64,000 nucleotides of DNA, from contig JAIKXM010000038.1 in the NCBI GenBank assembly GCA_024684085.1, positions 8,895 through 72,894 on the forward strand, given 5' to 3'. Both the position numbers and the translations under genes were made by a program. Origin of the DNA: Lachnospiraceae bacterium. Lineage in GTDB: Bacteria; Bacillota; Clostridia; Lachnospirales; Lachnospiraceae. The notes beneath the pieces are model-generated. The model was given only the letters and a program-made list of their open reading frames with translations, did no database searches and was not told where the DNA came from. Below are positions 10,815 to 20,659 of this stretch, in pieces (position 1 is the stretch's first letter; the number at the start of each line of letters is the position of its first letter).

Positions 10815-11354
10815 GTGGCCCGTGAAATAATGACGGGATATCTTGATATCCTGAAAGAGGGAAAAGTGCAGAGGGTACTGAAGGATAACAGGGCGGTACA
10901 GTTCAGACGAGCTTCGCTGGAAGACTGGGATGAGGCTGTTGAACTTGCCTACAGGGTTTTTAAGAAATATGAAGCAGCCGAATACGGCGAAGAAGGGGAG
11001 AAGGAATTTGTTGAATTTCTGAACTCTCCTATTTTGTATGAGCTTTTTAAAGAGGGAAGATATGTGGTCTATGTTGCGGTGGCCGATGGCGATATAGTGG
11101 GCATGATCTCTCTAAGAAACGGCAATTTCATCTCTTTATTATTCGTGGATGAGCGTTTCCATAATCGTGGGATCGGCTCTGCACTTCTCGACAATCTGAT
11201 CTTCTATCTGAAATCCTCGACCGAACATACCAAAGTCTATGTTCACTCGTCGCCGTATGCGGAAGGATTCTATCATCGTTATGGCTTCGTCAATGAGGGC
11301 GGTCGCACATCTGCAGGGAATATCATCTATACCCCAATGTCATATGAACTGTAA
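10815..11354 (+). CDS. GNAT family N-acetyltransferase
   Basis: LFVDERFHNRGIGSALL acetyl-CoA motif, SSPYAEGFYHRYGF. Confidence 0.88.
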   Translation: MAREIMTGYLDILKEGKVQRVLKDNRAVQFRRASLEDWDEAVELAYRVFKKYEAAEYGEEGEKEFVEFLNSPILYELFKEGRYVVYVAVADGDIVGMISLRNGNFISLLFVDERFHNRGIGSALLDNLIFYLKSSTEHTKVYVHSSPYAEGFYHRYGFVNEGGRTSAGNIIYTPMSYEL

Positions 11355-11451
11355 ACACCACGGACGGCGGCGGGATGCCGGAAGCCCCTGAAAACAGCTT
11401 GCGACGCTGATATTTGAATTGTTCGGAAAAACACGATGATTTCGAAAATTG

Positions 11452-11480
11452 TTGAATGATACCGCCTAAAGTTGTATAAT
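11452..11480 (+). promoter_or_regulatory. sigmaA promoter
   Basis: TTGAAT-17 bp-TATAAT. Confidence 0.7.
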
Positions 11481-11509
11481 TGAGAAAGGTATATGGAATT
11501 GGAGATACT

Positions 11510-12328
11510 ATGAATAAGTTTTTCAATATGGATAATCCGGTATTCGTATTCTTAGGGAGAGTAGCGGATCTGATTTTTTTGAATTTTCTTGCAATAATAT
11601 GCTCTTTGCCGATCTTTACGATAGGCGCGAGCTGGACGGCTTTATATTATACAACAGTTAAGATGGTTAAGAAGGAAGAGTCCTACATCGCGAAGGATTT
11701 CTTCAAGTCTTTCAGATTGAACTTTAAACAGGCGACCGGAATATGGCTCGTCAACCTGCTGGTCCTGCTGGTATTCCTGCTGGATCTTGATATCATCTTT
11801 GATCCGGAGATGAGTATTCCGAAGGTTGTGATGGTCATAATCTTCGCGGTCATGTTCATCGCCGTGTCGATCATGATATGTATCTACCCGCTTTTATCAA
11901 GGTATACCAATACCGTTAAAGGCACTGTCAAAAATGCGGCGCTTGTGGCATTGGCTAACCCGGGGAAGGTTCTCCTGTTTGTATTATTCATCGGATTGCC
12001 TCATCTGTATATTTATATGCTGATGTACGGTTTTGAAGAACTGATGAGGGCATTCCCGTTCTATTTAATGCTTGGATATTCAGGACCGGCTTATCTGTGC
12101 AGTCTGTTCTGGAAGAAGATATTCAATAAACTGGAAGGTAACAATCCTGAGTCGGCATCTGAGCAGGAAGGGGTCCCGGAAGGTATTACCGAAGATGTTG
12201 ACGAAGATATCAATGCAGATATCGATGAAGCGATCTCTGAGGATATCAATGAAGAGAACACCGCAGAGACCGCTGAGGAGGGTGCAACTGTCATATATTC
12301 AGAACAGAATAGTAAGGATCAGACCTGA
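11510..12328 (+). CDS. DUF624/YesL family membrane protein with acidic C-terminal tail
   Basis: LNFLAIICSLPIFTIGASWTALY and FFKSFRLNFKQAT; ATG at 11510 after GGAG. Confidence 0.85.
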   Translation: MNKFFNMDNPVFVFLGRVADLIFLNFLAIICSLPIFTIGASWTALYYTTVKMVKKEESYIAKDFFKSFRLNFKQATGIWLVNLLVLLVFLLDLDIIFDPEMSIPKVVMVIIFAVMFIAVSIMICIYPLLSRYTNTVKGTVKNAALVALANPGKVLLFVLFIGLPHLYIYMLMYGFEELMRAFPFYLMLGYSGPAYLCSLFWKKIFNKLEGNNPESASEQEGVPEGITEDVDEDINADIDEAISEDINEENTAETAEEGATVIYSEQNSKDQT

Positions 12329-12343
12329 TGTCTGTTCGCATGA

Positions 12344-13891
12344 GTGAATGTGCATATGGATAAGGGGAAAAAGATAAGGGACAAATCAAAACAGAATATA
12401 TGGCTGCAATGGAGTTGGCCGATTATCTTCCTGATTATCGTGCTTAGCGTGATGGCTTCAAGATTCGGCACGCAGATGACTAATTCCGCAGAGGAGAATG
12501 TGTATACCACTATTGTTACTGAGGCGGAGAGAGAAGCGGTCGGTCTTGGCAAGAGTATTGAGAGTGTTAAAGACATCGGACTTGGAGCTGCTGCGATACT
12601 GAAGCTTGCGGAAGATCCGGACAATACGACCATTGCCAATTATGCCAAAGAGATCAGGCAGTGCTCGACTGTTATTGAAGATGTCGTTATTGCCAATGAG
12701 AAAGGAATGGGAATCTGTGACGAGGGTAAGCTGATCAATCTCAACAAGGCATCTTTTTATGAGAAGTCCAATGTTGTCAGATTTTATTTCAGTGAGAATA
12801 TATGCAACGACAGTGAGAAGTCGGTCGTGATCTTGGTACCTGTTCGGGATGAGGAAGGACTTGATTATTCGATATTCATTTTCTGTAATCTTTCCAAGCT
12901 TGAGGGTCTTCTGAAGATCAATCAGTATGGCAGTAAGTTATCTTATGCCATTACCAATAACAGAGGCGAAGTGCTGGACACTTTCGGAGACGCATCGCCT
13001 TTCACCGAAACGGATAATGTCCTTGAGGTTCTGAAGGATTCGGAAGTTTCGGATTACACATACAATCAGCTTAAGGTTCGTTTTAATAAGCTTAATTCAA
13101 TGGCATTCTATGCTACTAACGGAGAGGTGAGGAAGATGATCACCGTAGCTCCGCTTGATATCTACGATTGGGAACTGGTAACAGTTATCAACGCTACCAA
13201 TATAGACAGTATGATGGACAGCGAGATGAGACCGGCGCGTAAGCTCTTTATCGGACTTGCGATCGCCATAGGAATGGTGATCCTGCTCATCTGTACCATA
13301 TCCCTTATCAGCAAGTTCAGGTTCAATGAACAGAACAAGAATCTTGCCAATAAGGCAGACACCGATCTTTTGACTGAAGTTAATAATAAAATGGCTACGG
13401 AGAGGAAGATACAGCAATACATTGATGAGAATCCCGATACGCAGTGTCTGATGTTCATGTTCGACGTGGATAACTTCAAGAAGATTAATGATACTATGGG
13501 ACATGCATTCGGTGATGAAGTGCTGAGTACGCTGGGGCATCAGCTTCAGAATGAATTCAGGGCTACCGATATAGTCGGAAGACTCGGCGGTGACGAGTTC
13601 ATGGTATTCCTTAAGAATATCAGAAGCGATGAACAGCTTGAGAAGGAAGGAACGAGGATCAATAACTTCTTCCACCATTTCAAGGCCGGAGATTACGTTA
13701 AGTATTCGGCAACAGCCAGTATAGGAGCTGCGGTTTATCCGAGAGACGGTGCTTCATTCCATGAACTCTATCTTGCAGCGGATAAGGCTCTGTACGAAGC
13801 CAAGAGGAGAGGTAAGAATCAGCTGATCTTCTACAGTAAGGAGTTGGCACATGTGGAGAGTATGCGTGTGACCGATGATATAGACGCATAA
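12344..13891 (+). CDS. membrane sensor diguanylate cyclase
   Basis: two TM segments flanking an extracytoplasmic (Cache-like) region; DVDNFKKINDTMGHAFGD; RATD I-site; GGDEF. Confidence 0.92.
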   Translation: MNVHMDKGKKIRDKSKQNIWLQWSWPIIFLIIVLSVMASRFGTQMTNSAEENVYTTIVTEAEREAVGLGKSIESVKDIGLGAAAILKLAEDPDNTTIANYAKEIRQCSTVIEDVVIANEKGMGICDEGKLINLNKASFYEKSNVVRFYFSENICNDSEKSVVILVPVRDEEGLDYSIFIFCNLSKLEGLLKINQYGSKLSYAITNNRGEVLDTFGDASPFTETDNVLEVLKDSEVSDYTYNQLKVRFNKLNSMAFYATNGEVRKMITVAPLDIYDWELVTVINATNIDSMMDSEMRPARKLFIGLAIAIGMVILLICTISLISKFRFNEQNKNLANKADTDLLTEVNNKMATERKIQQYIDENPDTQCLMFMFDVDNFKKINDTMGHAFGDEVLSTLGHQLQNEFRATDIVGRLGGDEFMVFLKNIRSDEQLEKEGTRINNFFHHFKAGDYVKYSATASIGAAVYPRDGASFHELYLAADKALYEAKRRGKNQLIFYSKELAHVESMRVTDDIDA

Positions 13892-14047
13892 GATAAAGCC
13901 TCCGGCGGATTGCGGGAATGCGGTTGTTAAGAGTCAGCTGAGCTGACAGGCATTCCGGAGCATGAAGTCGGGGGCTTTTCGATTGACCGGCCTGTGTGCA
14001 ATCTGTACAGAAAGATAAGGATTAAATAGCAGATTGTCTATTTCTTC

Positions 14048-14069
14048 GAGAACGTTTTTACAGTATACT
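14048..14069 (+). promoter_or_regulatory. LacI/cre-like site next to the -10 of the msmX promoter
   Basis: GAGAACGTTTTTA followed by TATACT. Confidence 0.45.
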
Positions 14070-14113
14070 AATCATCAGAAACGGTAAAAAGCCAAAATAG
14101 GAGGGCAAATTAA

Positions 14114-15223
14114 ATGGCAGGATTAACATTGAAGAACATCTGCAAGAAGTACCCTAACGGATTTGAAGCTGTTAAGGATTTCTCATTAGAGATCGCAGAT
14201 AAGGAATTTATTATTTTCGTTGGACCTTCAGGATGTGGTAAGTCTACAACACTTCGTATGATCGCAGGTCTTGAAGACATTACATCCGGTGAACTTATAA
14301 TCGGTGATAAGGTTGTCAATGATGTAGAGCCTAAGGACAGAGATATCGCAATGGTATTCCAGAACTACGCTCTGTATCCTCATATGACAGTTTATGATAA
14401 TATGGCATTCGGTCTTAAGCTTCGTAAGGTTCCTAAGGATGAGATCGACAAGCAGGTTAAGGAAGCTGCAAGAATCCTTGACTTAACAGCACTTCTTGAT
14501 CGTAAGCCTAAGGCTTTATCCGGTGGTCAGAGACAGAGAGTTGCCATGGGACGTGCTATCGTACGTAACCCTAAGGTATTCCTCATGGACGAGCCTCTTT
14601 CTAACCTGGATGCTAAGCTTCGTGTACAGATGAGAATTGAGATCGCTAAGCTTCATCAGAGACTTGGCACAACCATCATCTACGTTACACATGACCAGAC
14701 AGAGGCTATGACTCTTGGTACAAGAATCGTAGTTATGAAGGACGGTGTTATCCAGCAGGTTGATACACCTCAGAACCTCTATGAGAAGCCTCAGAACCTC
14801 TTCGTTGCAGGTTTCATGGGATCTCCTCAGATGAACTTCCTTGATGCTAAGGTTGAGATCGACGGCGATAATGTTAATCTCTTATTCGCAGGTCAGACAC
14901 TTCCTCTTCCTCCCGCAAAGGCTAAGAAGCTTATCGAGGGTGGTTATGACGGAAAGACTGTCACATTCGGTATCCGTCCTGAAGATGTTTATGATTCAGA
15001 GATGTTCACAAACGCTTCTAAGTGTACATTCGAGTCTACTGTTAAGGTATACGAGCTACTTGGTGCAGAAGTTTATCTGTACTTCGATCTTGATGAGTTC
15101 CCTGTAACCGCAAGAGTTGATCCTCGTACAACTGCAAGACCCGGCGACAGAGTAAAGCTTGCTTTCGATGTTGAGAAGGTTCACGTATTCGATAAGGAAA
15201 CAGAGCAGGTTATTACTAACTAG
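14114..15223 (+). CDS. msmX: multiple-sugar ABC transporter ATP-binding protein (MsmX/MalK/UgpC family)
   Basis: GPSGCGKST, VFQNYALYPHMTV, LSGGQRQR, C-terminal TOBE region; strongly biased codon usage. Confidence 0.9.
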   Translation: MAGLTLKNICKKYPNGFEAVKDFSLEIADKEFIIFVGPSGCGKSTTLRMIAGLEDITSGELIIGDKVVNDVEPKDRDIAMVFQNYALYPHMTVYDNMAFGLKLRKVPKDEIDKQVKEAARILDLTALLDRKPKALSGGQRQRVAMGRAIVRNPKVFLMDEPLSNLDAKLRVQMRIEIAKLHQRLGTTIIYVTHDQTEAMTLGTRIVVMKDGVIQQVDTPQNLYEKPQNLFVAGFMGSPQMNFLDAKVEIDGDNVNLLFAGQTLPLPPAKAKKLIEGGYDGKTVTFGIRPEDVYDSEMFTNASKCTFESTVKVYELLGAEVYLYFDLDEFPVTARVDPRTTARPGDRVKLAFDVEKVHVFDKETEQVITN

Positions 15224-15245
15224 TCTTTTATATCGATCGATTTTT

Positions 15246-15274
15246 AGGGAGATGCTTAGGCATCTCCCTTTTTT
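15246..15274 (+). terminator. intrinsic terminator
   Basis: AGGGAGATGC-ttag-GCATCTCCCT-TTTTT. Confidence 0.85.
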
Positions 15275-15315
15275 GCAATAGGAAGTTGTTTCCTATCACA
15301 CAAAAACGCTCCGCT
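15270..15315. repeat. REP-like hairpin family A, copy 1
   Basis: ATAGGAA-loop-TTCCTAT...AAAAACGCTCCGCT; homologous to 27057-27105 and 43682-43722. Confidence 0.7.
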
Positions 15316-15500
15316 GCCCGATGTCGTTCTTACCAGGGGGTATAAATTTGTTATAAACAGGTATATGTAAATATGGTAAGATGTATGTTAGGGAGAGAAA
15401 AGGATCCGATTGCGGATTGGATTCTCTATAGCGAAAGCAAATGCTGTGAAAAAAGCCATCATTAAATGATCTATGATCGGAAGATCGGAGGAATAGATAA

Positions 15501-16571
15501 TTGGGGATTGAACAGGCGATCAATAATTATATACAGGAGATCGGAGAGGTAACCGATGATGAGATAGAGGTTATCCCTGTCAGAGATCCTGAAACGCTGG
15601 ATGAAGAGCTTAAGGCTGTTGCAGAGGGTGAAGAACCTGTTATCTGCAAGGGCGATGAATGCATCCTTAAGCTTCCGGAGAATGAACCGGCGGAATATAT
15701 CATTAGGGTCAGGGGAACAGATGCGCACAAGACAGGTATCATAGTCAGAGCTTATATCAGGAGTATCTCGTCGGTTAACAGAAGCAGGCTTGATAAGGGT
15801 CGTTTCTGGAGAGATTATCTTACCGGAGCGATCGATCACGGTGAGGCTCTCTACAGAGCGCGTAAGCTCCACATAAGCGATGAACAGGACAGAATGGTGT
15901 ACCTGATCGAAGCTCATAACGATACCGACAATATCCTTGAGGAGCTTTTGAAGAGTCTGTACACCACGCAGATGGGCTATTATATAACCGAACCCGTAGA
16001 TGGGAATATTATCCTCCTGAGAGAACTCAAAAGATCGGCTTCGAAGGAGGAGATATATACTCTTGCGGAGAATATAGTAGACCTCAGCAATACAGAGGCC
16101 ATGCTGGATGTGCGCGTCGCATTCGGTCAGGTGGCAGGCGATCTTAAGAATCTTCCGCTTTCTTATCAGGAGGCCAGGGCGACACTGGAGATCGGTGAGG
16201 TGTTCTACAATGAGCGTAAGATCCTGTCTTTTGACGGCCTGGGCATAGGAAGGCTTATATATAAGCTTCCGCGAGAGGTCTGCCTCAAGTTCACGGAGGA
16301 TGTCTTCGGGATCGACGGCTCGCGAGAGCCGGACGAGGAGCTGATGCTCACAGTGTACCGCTTTTTTGACAATAATCTTAATATATCAGAGACGTCGAGA
16401 CAGCTGTATATTCACAGAAATACTCTTGTCAATCGTCTGGAAAAAGTACGGCAACTGACCGGATTGGATGTCAGGGTGTTCGAAGACGCGCTTACGTTCA
16501 AGCTGGCGAGGATGGCATCCGACTACACAGACTATCTTAACGGAAATAAGTTAAAGCCGGTTGTCAAATAG
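15501..16571 (+). CDS. PucR/CdaR family transcriptional regulator (paralog 1)
   Basis: C-terminal NLNISETSRQLYIHRNTLVNRLEK HTH; LGIGRLIY. Confidence 0.9.
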   Translation: MGIEQAINNYIQEIGEVTDDEIEVIPVRDPETLDEELKAVAEGEEPVICKGDECILKLPENEPAEYIIRVRGTDAHKTGIIVRAYIRSISSVNRSRLDKGRFWRDYLTGAIDHGEALYRARKLHISDEQDRMVYLIEAHNDTDNILEELLKSLYTTQMGYYITEPVDGNIILLRELKRSASKEEIYTLAENIVDLSNTEAMLDVRVAFGQVAGDLKNLPLSYQEARATLEIGEVFYNERKILSFDGLGIGRLIYKLPREVCLKFTEDVFGIDGSREPDEELMLTVYRFFDNNLNISETSRQLYIHRNTLVNRLEKVRQLTGLDVRVFEDALTFKLARMASDYTDYLNGNKLKPVVK

Positions 16572-16669
16572 GCGCTAATAGCTAACTTTGGTTGCTTGAA
16601 GGCTATTTTTGGCTATGTTAGAATATAGTCGTGGCAATAAATTATATCTAAAGGTGAGGAGATTAAAAA

Positions 16670-17563
16670 ATGGACGGTAAAATTATAGCTATAGTTATTG
16701 TGATCGCGCTGATATTTCTGTTTTTATTAAAATGTATCTGTATTGTTGGCCAGGCTTCCGGCTGGGTAGTTGAATGTCTGGGACAGTATATGAATACATG
16801 GGAGGCGGGATTACACTTTAAAGTTCCCTTCCTCTACAGGGTTGTTAAAAAGGTATCACTTAAGGAACAGGTTGCCGATTTTGAGCCTCAGCCGGTTATC
16901 ACTAAGGATAACGTTACTATGATGGTCGATTCGGTAGTATTCTTCGAAGTGTTTGATGCCAAGCTTTTTGCATACGGTGTTGAGAGACCTATCGCTGCGA
17001 TTGAGAATCTCTCGGCTACAACACTTCGTAATATCATCGGTTCGATGACACTTGATGAGACGCTTACAAGCAGAGACGGTATTAACGGACAGATCACAGC
17101 GATCCTTGATGAAGCTACAGATAAGTGGGGCATCAAGGTTAACCGAGTTGAGGTTAAGAATATTCAGCCACCCAGAAGTATTCAGGATGCCATGGAGAAG
17201 CAGATGAGAGCTGAGCGAGAGAAGAGAGAAGCTATCCTTACGGCAGAAGGTAAGAAGCAGTCAGCGATCACACTGGCAGAAGGTGAGAAGGAAGCTGCGA
17301 TCCTTAGAGCAGAGGCTGTTAAGCAGCAGAGAATACGTGAGGCAGAAGGTGAGGCTGAAGCGCTTCTTGCAGTACAGAGAGCTCAGGCAGAGAGTATCAA
17401 GCTTATCAATGAGGCAGATCCTTCACTTAAGTATATACAGCTTAAGCAGTACGAGACAGCTGAGAAGATGGCAGACGGACAGGCTACTAAGATCATAGTT
17501 CCTTCAGATATTGCCAATCTGACTGGCGCAGTAGGAGCATTGGTTGATTCTGTAAGACAGTAA
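16670..17563 (+). CDS. SPFH/band 7 family protein
   Basis: N-terminal TM, GLHFKVPF, VITKDNV, MEKQMRAEREKR coiled coil. Confidence 0.93.
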   Translation: MDGKIIAIVIVIALIFLFLLKCICIVGQASGWVVECLGQYMNTWEAGLHFKVPFLYRVVKKVSLKEQVADFEPQPVITKDNVTMMVDSVVFFEVFDAKLFAYGVERPIAAIENLSATTLRNIIGSMTLDETLTSRDGINGQITAILDEATDKWGIKVNRVEVKNIQPPRSIQDAMEKQMRAEREKREAILTAEGKKQSAITLAEGEKEAAILRAEAVKQQRIREAEGEAEALLAVQRAQAESIKLINEADPSLKYIQLKQYETAEKMADGQATKIIVPSDIANLTGAVGALVDSVRQ

Positions 17564-17574
17564 ATGGGGTTGCT

Positions 17575-18201
17575 ATGTCGTTTATAGTATTGTTAATGGT
17601 CATCGTAGTTACGGTGATCCTTGCCAAATCGAAAAAAATTGTTCCACCGTCATATACGAATAATACGCCGGGCGCCGGCAAGAAAAGGGACGATCTGAAA
17701 GTGCAGAGTATTTCAAGCGCCATGAAGAGCGGTTTTTCCGATGCTCCGGTTGCTTCTGTGGATGTTTCAGTTGAACCGGCAGTTGCGGCTACAATTGATA
17801 AGGCAATGCTTGATAAAGCTGAAGATATTAAGGCTCCTAAGCCGGCTTCGTCGCGACAGCTGACAAGGAGTAATGACTTCAGGCCGACTGTGACTACAAC
17901 CGGTAATTCAGCTGCCAATCGTGCAATGAAGAATGCTCAGGGGTATAATACATTCAATTCTTCGAGCAGTTACAGTATGACTAAGAGCCCGAGAGGTGTA
18001 GAGAAGTCTATGTGTGACGACAGGGAGAATGATTGGATGACGAATCAGTTGAGAGAGGAACATCGCGATTATAACAAAGTGAGTGAGATGTTTGGTCTTA
18101 AGATTGAGCACTCCCATAGTTGTGATGCGGAAGTGCTCAGAAGATTCTACGGTCACGGACGTGATATGAATGTTATAGATTCGGGTGAAAACAAAAGATA
18201 A
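17575..18201 (+). CDS. hypothetical membrane-anchored protein
   Basis: N-terminal hydrophobic anchor; 11 bp after the SPFH gene; no family recognised. Confidence 0.6.
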   Translation: MSFIVLLMVIVVTVILAKSKKIVPPSYTNNTPGAGKKRDDLKVQSISSAMKSGFSDAPVASVDVSVEPAVAATIDKAMLDKAEDIKAPKPASSRQLTRSNDFRPTVTTTGNSAANRAMKNAQGYNTFNSSSSYSMTKSPRGVEKSMCDDRENDWMTNQLREEHRDYNKVSEMFGLKIEHSHSCDAEVLRRFYGHGRDMNVIDSGENKR

Positions 18202-18205
18202 CAGA

Positions 18206-18901
18206 TCAATCCACGCCGCGAAGTGAGGCGGCAGGGATGGATGATCTCACGATATTTATAAAGTGCTCCAGCTCTTCCTTGGTGAAGGCGGAGCACTTTT
18301 TATCTATTACAGTATCCCTGTAAGTATATGACTGGATGTAATACTGTCCGGCATTGCTTATCCATTCTCTTATATCAAGAAAGTCTTCTTCCGTATGCAG
18401 GCCTTTTACGGCAGTGGTACGGAACTCGTAAGGAACGGAAGAGGACATTATCAATTCAATACTTTTATCAAATCTTTTGATGTCAATATCTTTGATGCCC
18501 ACGCAATTACCGTAACCGGATCTTCCGCCTTTGATATCCATGGCAATATAGTCAAGCGAACCCGAATGAATAAGTTCACTCAGGCAATCGGGATTGAAAC
18601 CGTTGGTGTCCAGTTTGACTTTAAGTCCGACGGACTTGATGCTGTCTATGAAAGCCGGGAGATCTTTCTGTAAGGTGGGTTCTCCTCCTGTAATGCATAC
18701 ACCTTTGATGATATTTGCACGTTTGCGGAGATGTTCAAGCACTTCTTCCTCGCTTATGGCCGGATATATCTCGGGGTGAAGCACCAGATCGCCGTTATGG
18801 CAGAAGGGGCACCTTAAGTTGCATCCGCCGGTAAACACGGTCGATGCAAGGAGACCGGGGTAGTCTAATAAAGTTGTCTTGTTAAATCCATGTATATTCA
18901 T
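18206..18901 (-). CDS. nrdG: anaerobic ribonucleoside-triphosphate reductase activating protein (radical SAM)
   Basis: LLDYPG, GCNLRCPFCHN (CxxxCxxC), TGGEPTLQ, KLDTNG, YEFRTT. Confidence 0.85.
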   Translation of the reverse strand: MNIHGFNKTTLLDYPGLLASTVFTGGCNLRCPFCHNGDLVLHPEIYPAISEEEVLEHLRKRANIIKGVCITGGEPTLQKDLPAFIDSIKSVGLKVKLDTNGFNPDCLSELIHSGSLDYIAMDIKGGRSGYGNCVGIKDIDIKRFDKSIELIMSSSVPYEFRTTAVKGLHTEEDFLDIREWISNAGQYYIQSYTYRDTVIDKKCSAFTKEELEHFINIVRSSIPAASLRGVD

Positions 18902-18976
18902 ACGTAAAAGTATAGCACGGCAGGCCGAAAAAATAAAAAGTGTACAATTTTAAATTAACTCTACTATCTTTAAAAA

Positions 18977-18990
18977 TGAAAACGTTTTGA
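18977..18990. promoter_or_regulatory. LacI-family operator (distal)
   Basis: TGAAAACGTTTTGA palindrome centred on CG. Confidence 0.65.
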
Positions 18991-19065
18991 TTAATAGAAA
19001 TTGTGCATAATGTATAAATGCAGTCTCGTAAAATTATATAAAAAAGGAAATATAACAAGAATATA

Positions 19066-19122
19066 TTGACGAAATGCAAAAAATTATATACCATTAGAGA
19101 CATAGCAATGAAAACGTTTTTA
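19066..19122 (+). promoter_or_regulatory. sigmaA promoter with downstream LacI operator
   Basis: TTGACG-17 bp-TACCAT, then TGAAAACGTTTTTA at 19109-19122. Confidence 0.7.
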
Positions 19123-19148
19123 TGACCGGACAAAGGAAGGAAATTATT

Positions 19149-20642
19149 ATGAAAGACAACTCTGTGATCAGTAAATTGGATTCCGGGCTGAATAAAGAGT
19201 ATATGGGCAGAAGTAAGGATATCTGGGCAGGACTTGTGGCTTCAGTGATCTTGTTCATACTGAATATGCCTTTTATCAGCTGGTTTAGTCTGGCGGATGC
19301 GCAGAAGATAGTTAATGTCGCGAGAATATCCGAGAAGAATATTCCAATGATCCACTATCATTACAACACTTTTGATCTACTCAGTTTTGTACAGTATTCA
19401 GGATTGGGAATCCTTGGTCTGTATGCCATGATCCTCCTGATACTTATGGCAGCAACTCTTTACTTTATCGTAGCCTATACCGTTAAGGTGATCAGGAATA
19501 AGAGATCGGTTAACGGTAAGCTCGGGATACTTGGCATCGAGAAGTACGTATTTATATTTGAAGGCCTTACAGCCATCGCATCGATCTTTTACGGTGTCTT
19601 TGCCGAGAAGGCGGTAGGAACTAAGGTATTTAAGATCTCGCCTGTTGTGTACATCGTTCTGGTGATCTCCGTCATAGCCTATGTATTCGTTAAGAGGATG
19701 GAGTTCATTGAACGTAAGAAGTATAAGGAACACGGTCTTGCCAAGGAATTAGCCAAGAACTGGATATTGTTCCTGATGCTCGTTCCGACTTTCGTTTATT
19801 TCATTATCAACAACTACATGCCTATGGTCGGTGTGTATTATGCATTTACCAATTTCAACTTCAGAGACGGACTTTGGTCTTCGCCCTTTACAGGTTTTAA
19901 GAATTTCCAGTTCCTGTTGAAGGCAGATCTCTTCAAGCTGACAAGAAATACAATACTCTACAACGTAGTATTCATCGTTGTTGGTAACATATTACAGGTT
20001 GTATTCGCAATACTTGTAAGTCAGGTAGTAGTTAAGTGGTTTAAGAAGACAGCGCAGACTTTGATGTTCATGCCTTACTTCGTATCATTCGTTATACTGA
20101 AGGTTCTCGTGTATAACATGTTCGAGTATGAATACGGTCTGGTCAACAATATAGTTACACAGATGGGTGGCGGTAAGATAGATTTCTATAATACCCCTTC
20201 CTACTGGCCGTTACTGATCACACTGTTCTATCTGTGGAAAAACATAGGTTACGGAATGGTTGTGTATCTGGCCACTATCACAGGTATCGATACGGAATTA
20301 TATGAAGCGGCCAAGGTAGATGGTGCCAATATATTCCAGCAGATATACTATATAACCCTTCCCCTAATCAAACCTACCTTCATAATACTGCTCCTGTATG
20401 CACTCGGTAGTATTATGAAGGGACAGTTTGAACTCTTCTACCAGATGATCGGTAATAACGGTGTTCTGTACAATATTACAGATATCTTTGATACATACGT
20501 TTATCGTATTACAATGACGCAGCCTTTGAGCATCGGCTTAGGAACTGCTGCAGGTCTGTACCAGTCATTATTCGGTTTTGTGATCGTTATGGTTACGAAC
20601 TGGGCGGTTAAGCGTAAGAACCCTGAATACGCATTATTCTAA
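19149..20642 (+). CDS. carbohydrate ABC transporter permease (LplB-like) with a long N-terminal membrane extension
   Basis: ELYEAAKVDGA EAA motif in the C-terminal ~300 aa; ATG at 19149 after GGAAGG. Confidence 0.9.
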   Translation: MKDNSVISKLDSGLNKEYMGRSKDIWAGLVASVILFILNMPFISWFSLADAQKIVNVARISEKNIPMIHYHYNTFDLLSFVQYSGLGILGLYAMILLILMAATLYFIVAYTVKVIRNKRSVNGKLGILGIEKYVFIFEGLTAIASIFYGVFAEKAVGTKVFKISPVVYIVLVISVIAYVFVKRMEFIERKKYKEHGLAKELAKNWILFLMLVPTFVYFIINNYMPMVGVYYAFTNFNFRDGLWSSPFTGFKNFQFLLKADLFKLTRNTILYNVVFIVVGNILQVVFAILVSQVVVKWFKKTAQTLMFMPYFVSFVILKVLVYNMFEYEYGLVNNIVTQMGGGKIDFYNTPSYWPLLITLFYLWKNIGYGMVVYLATITGIDTELYEAAKVDGANIFQQIYYITLPLIKPTFIILLLYALGSIMKGQFELFYQMIGNNGVLYNITDIFDTYVYRITMTQPLSIGLGTAAGLYQSLFGFVIVMVTNWAVKRKNPEYALF

Positions 20643-20659
20643 GAAGAGGTGGATTGTAA

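Noticed and set aside
13895-13980. Long nested hairpin after the diguanylate cyclase
   Set aside because: Adequately explained as a terminator; no match to the repeat families or a c-di-GMP riboswitch
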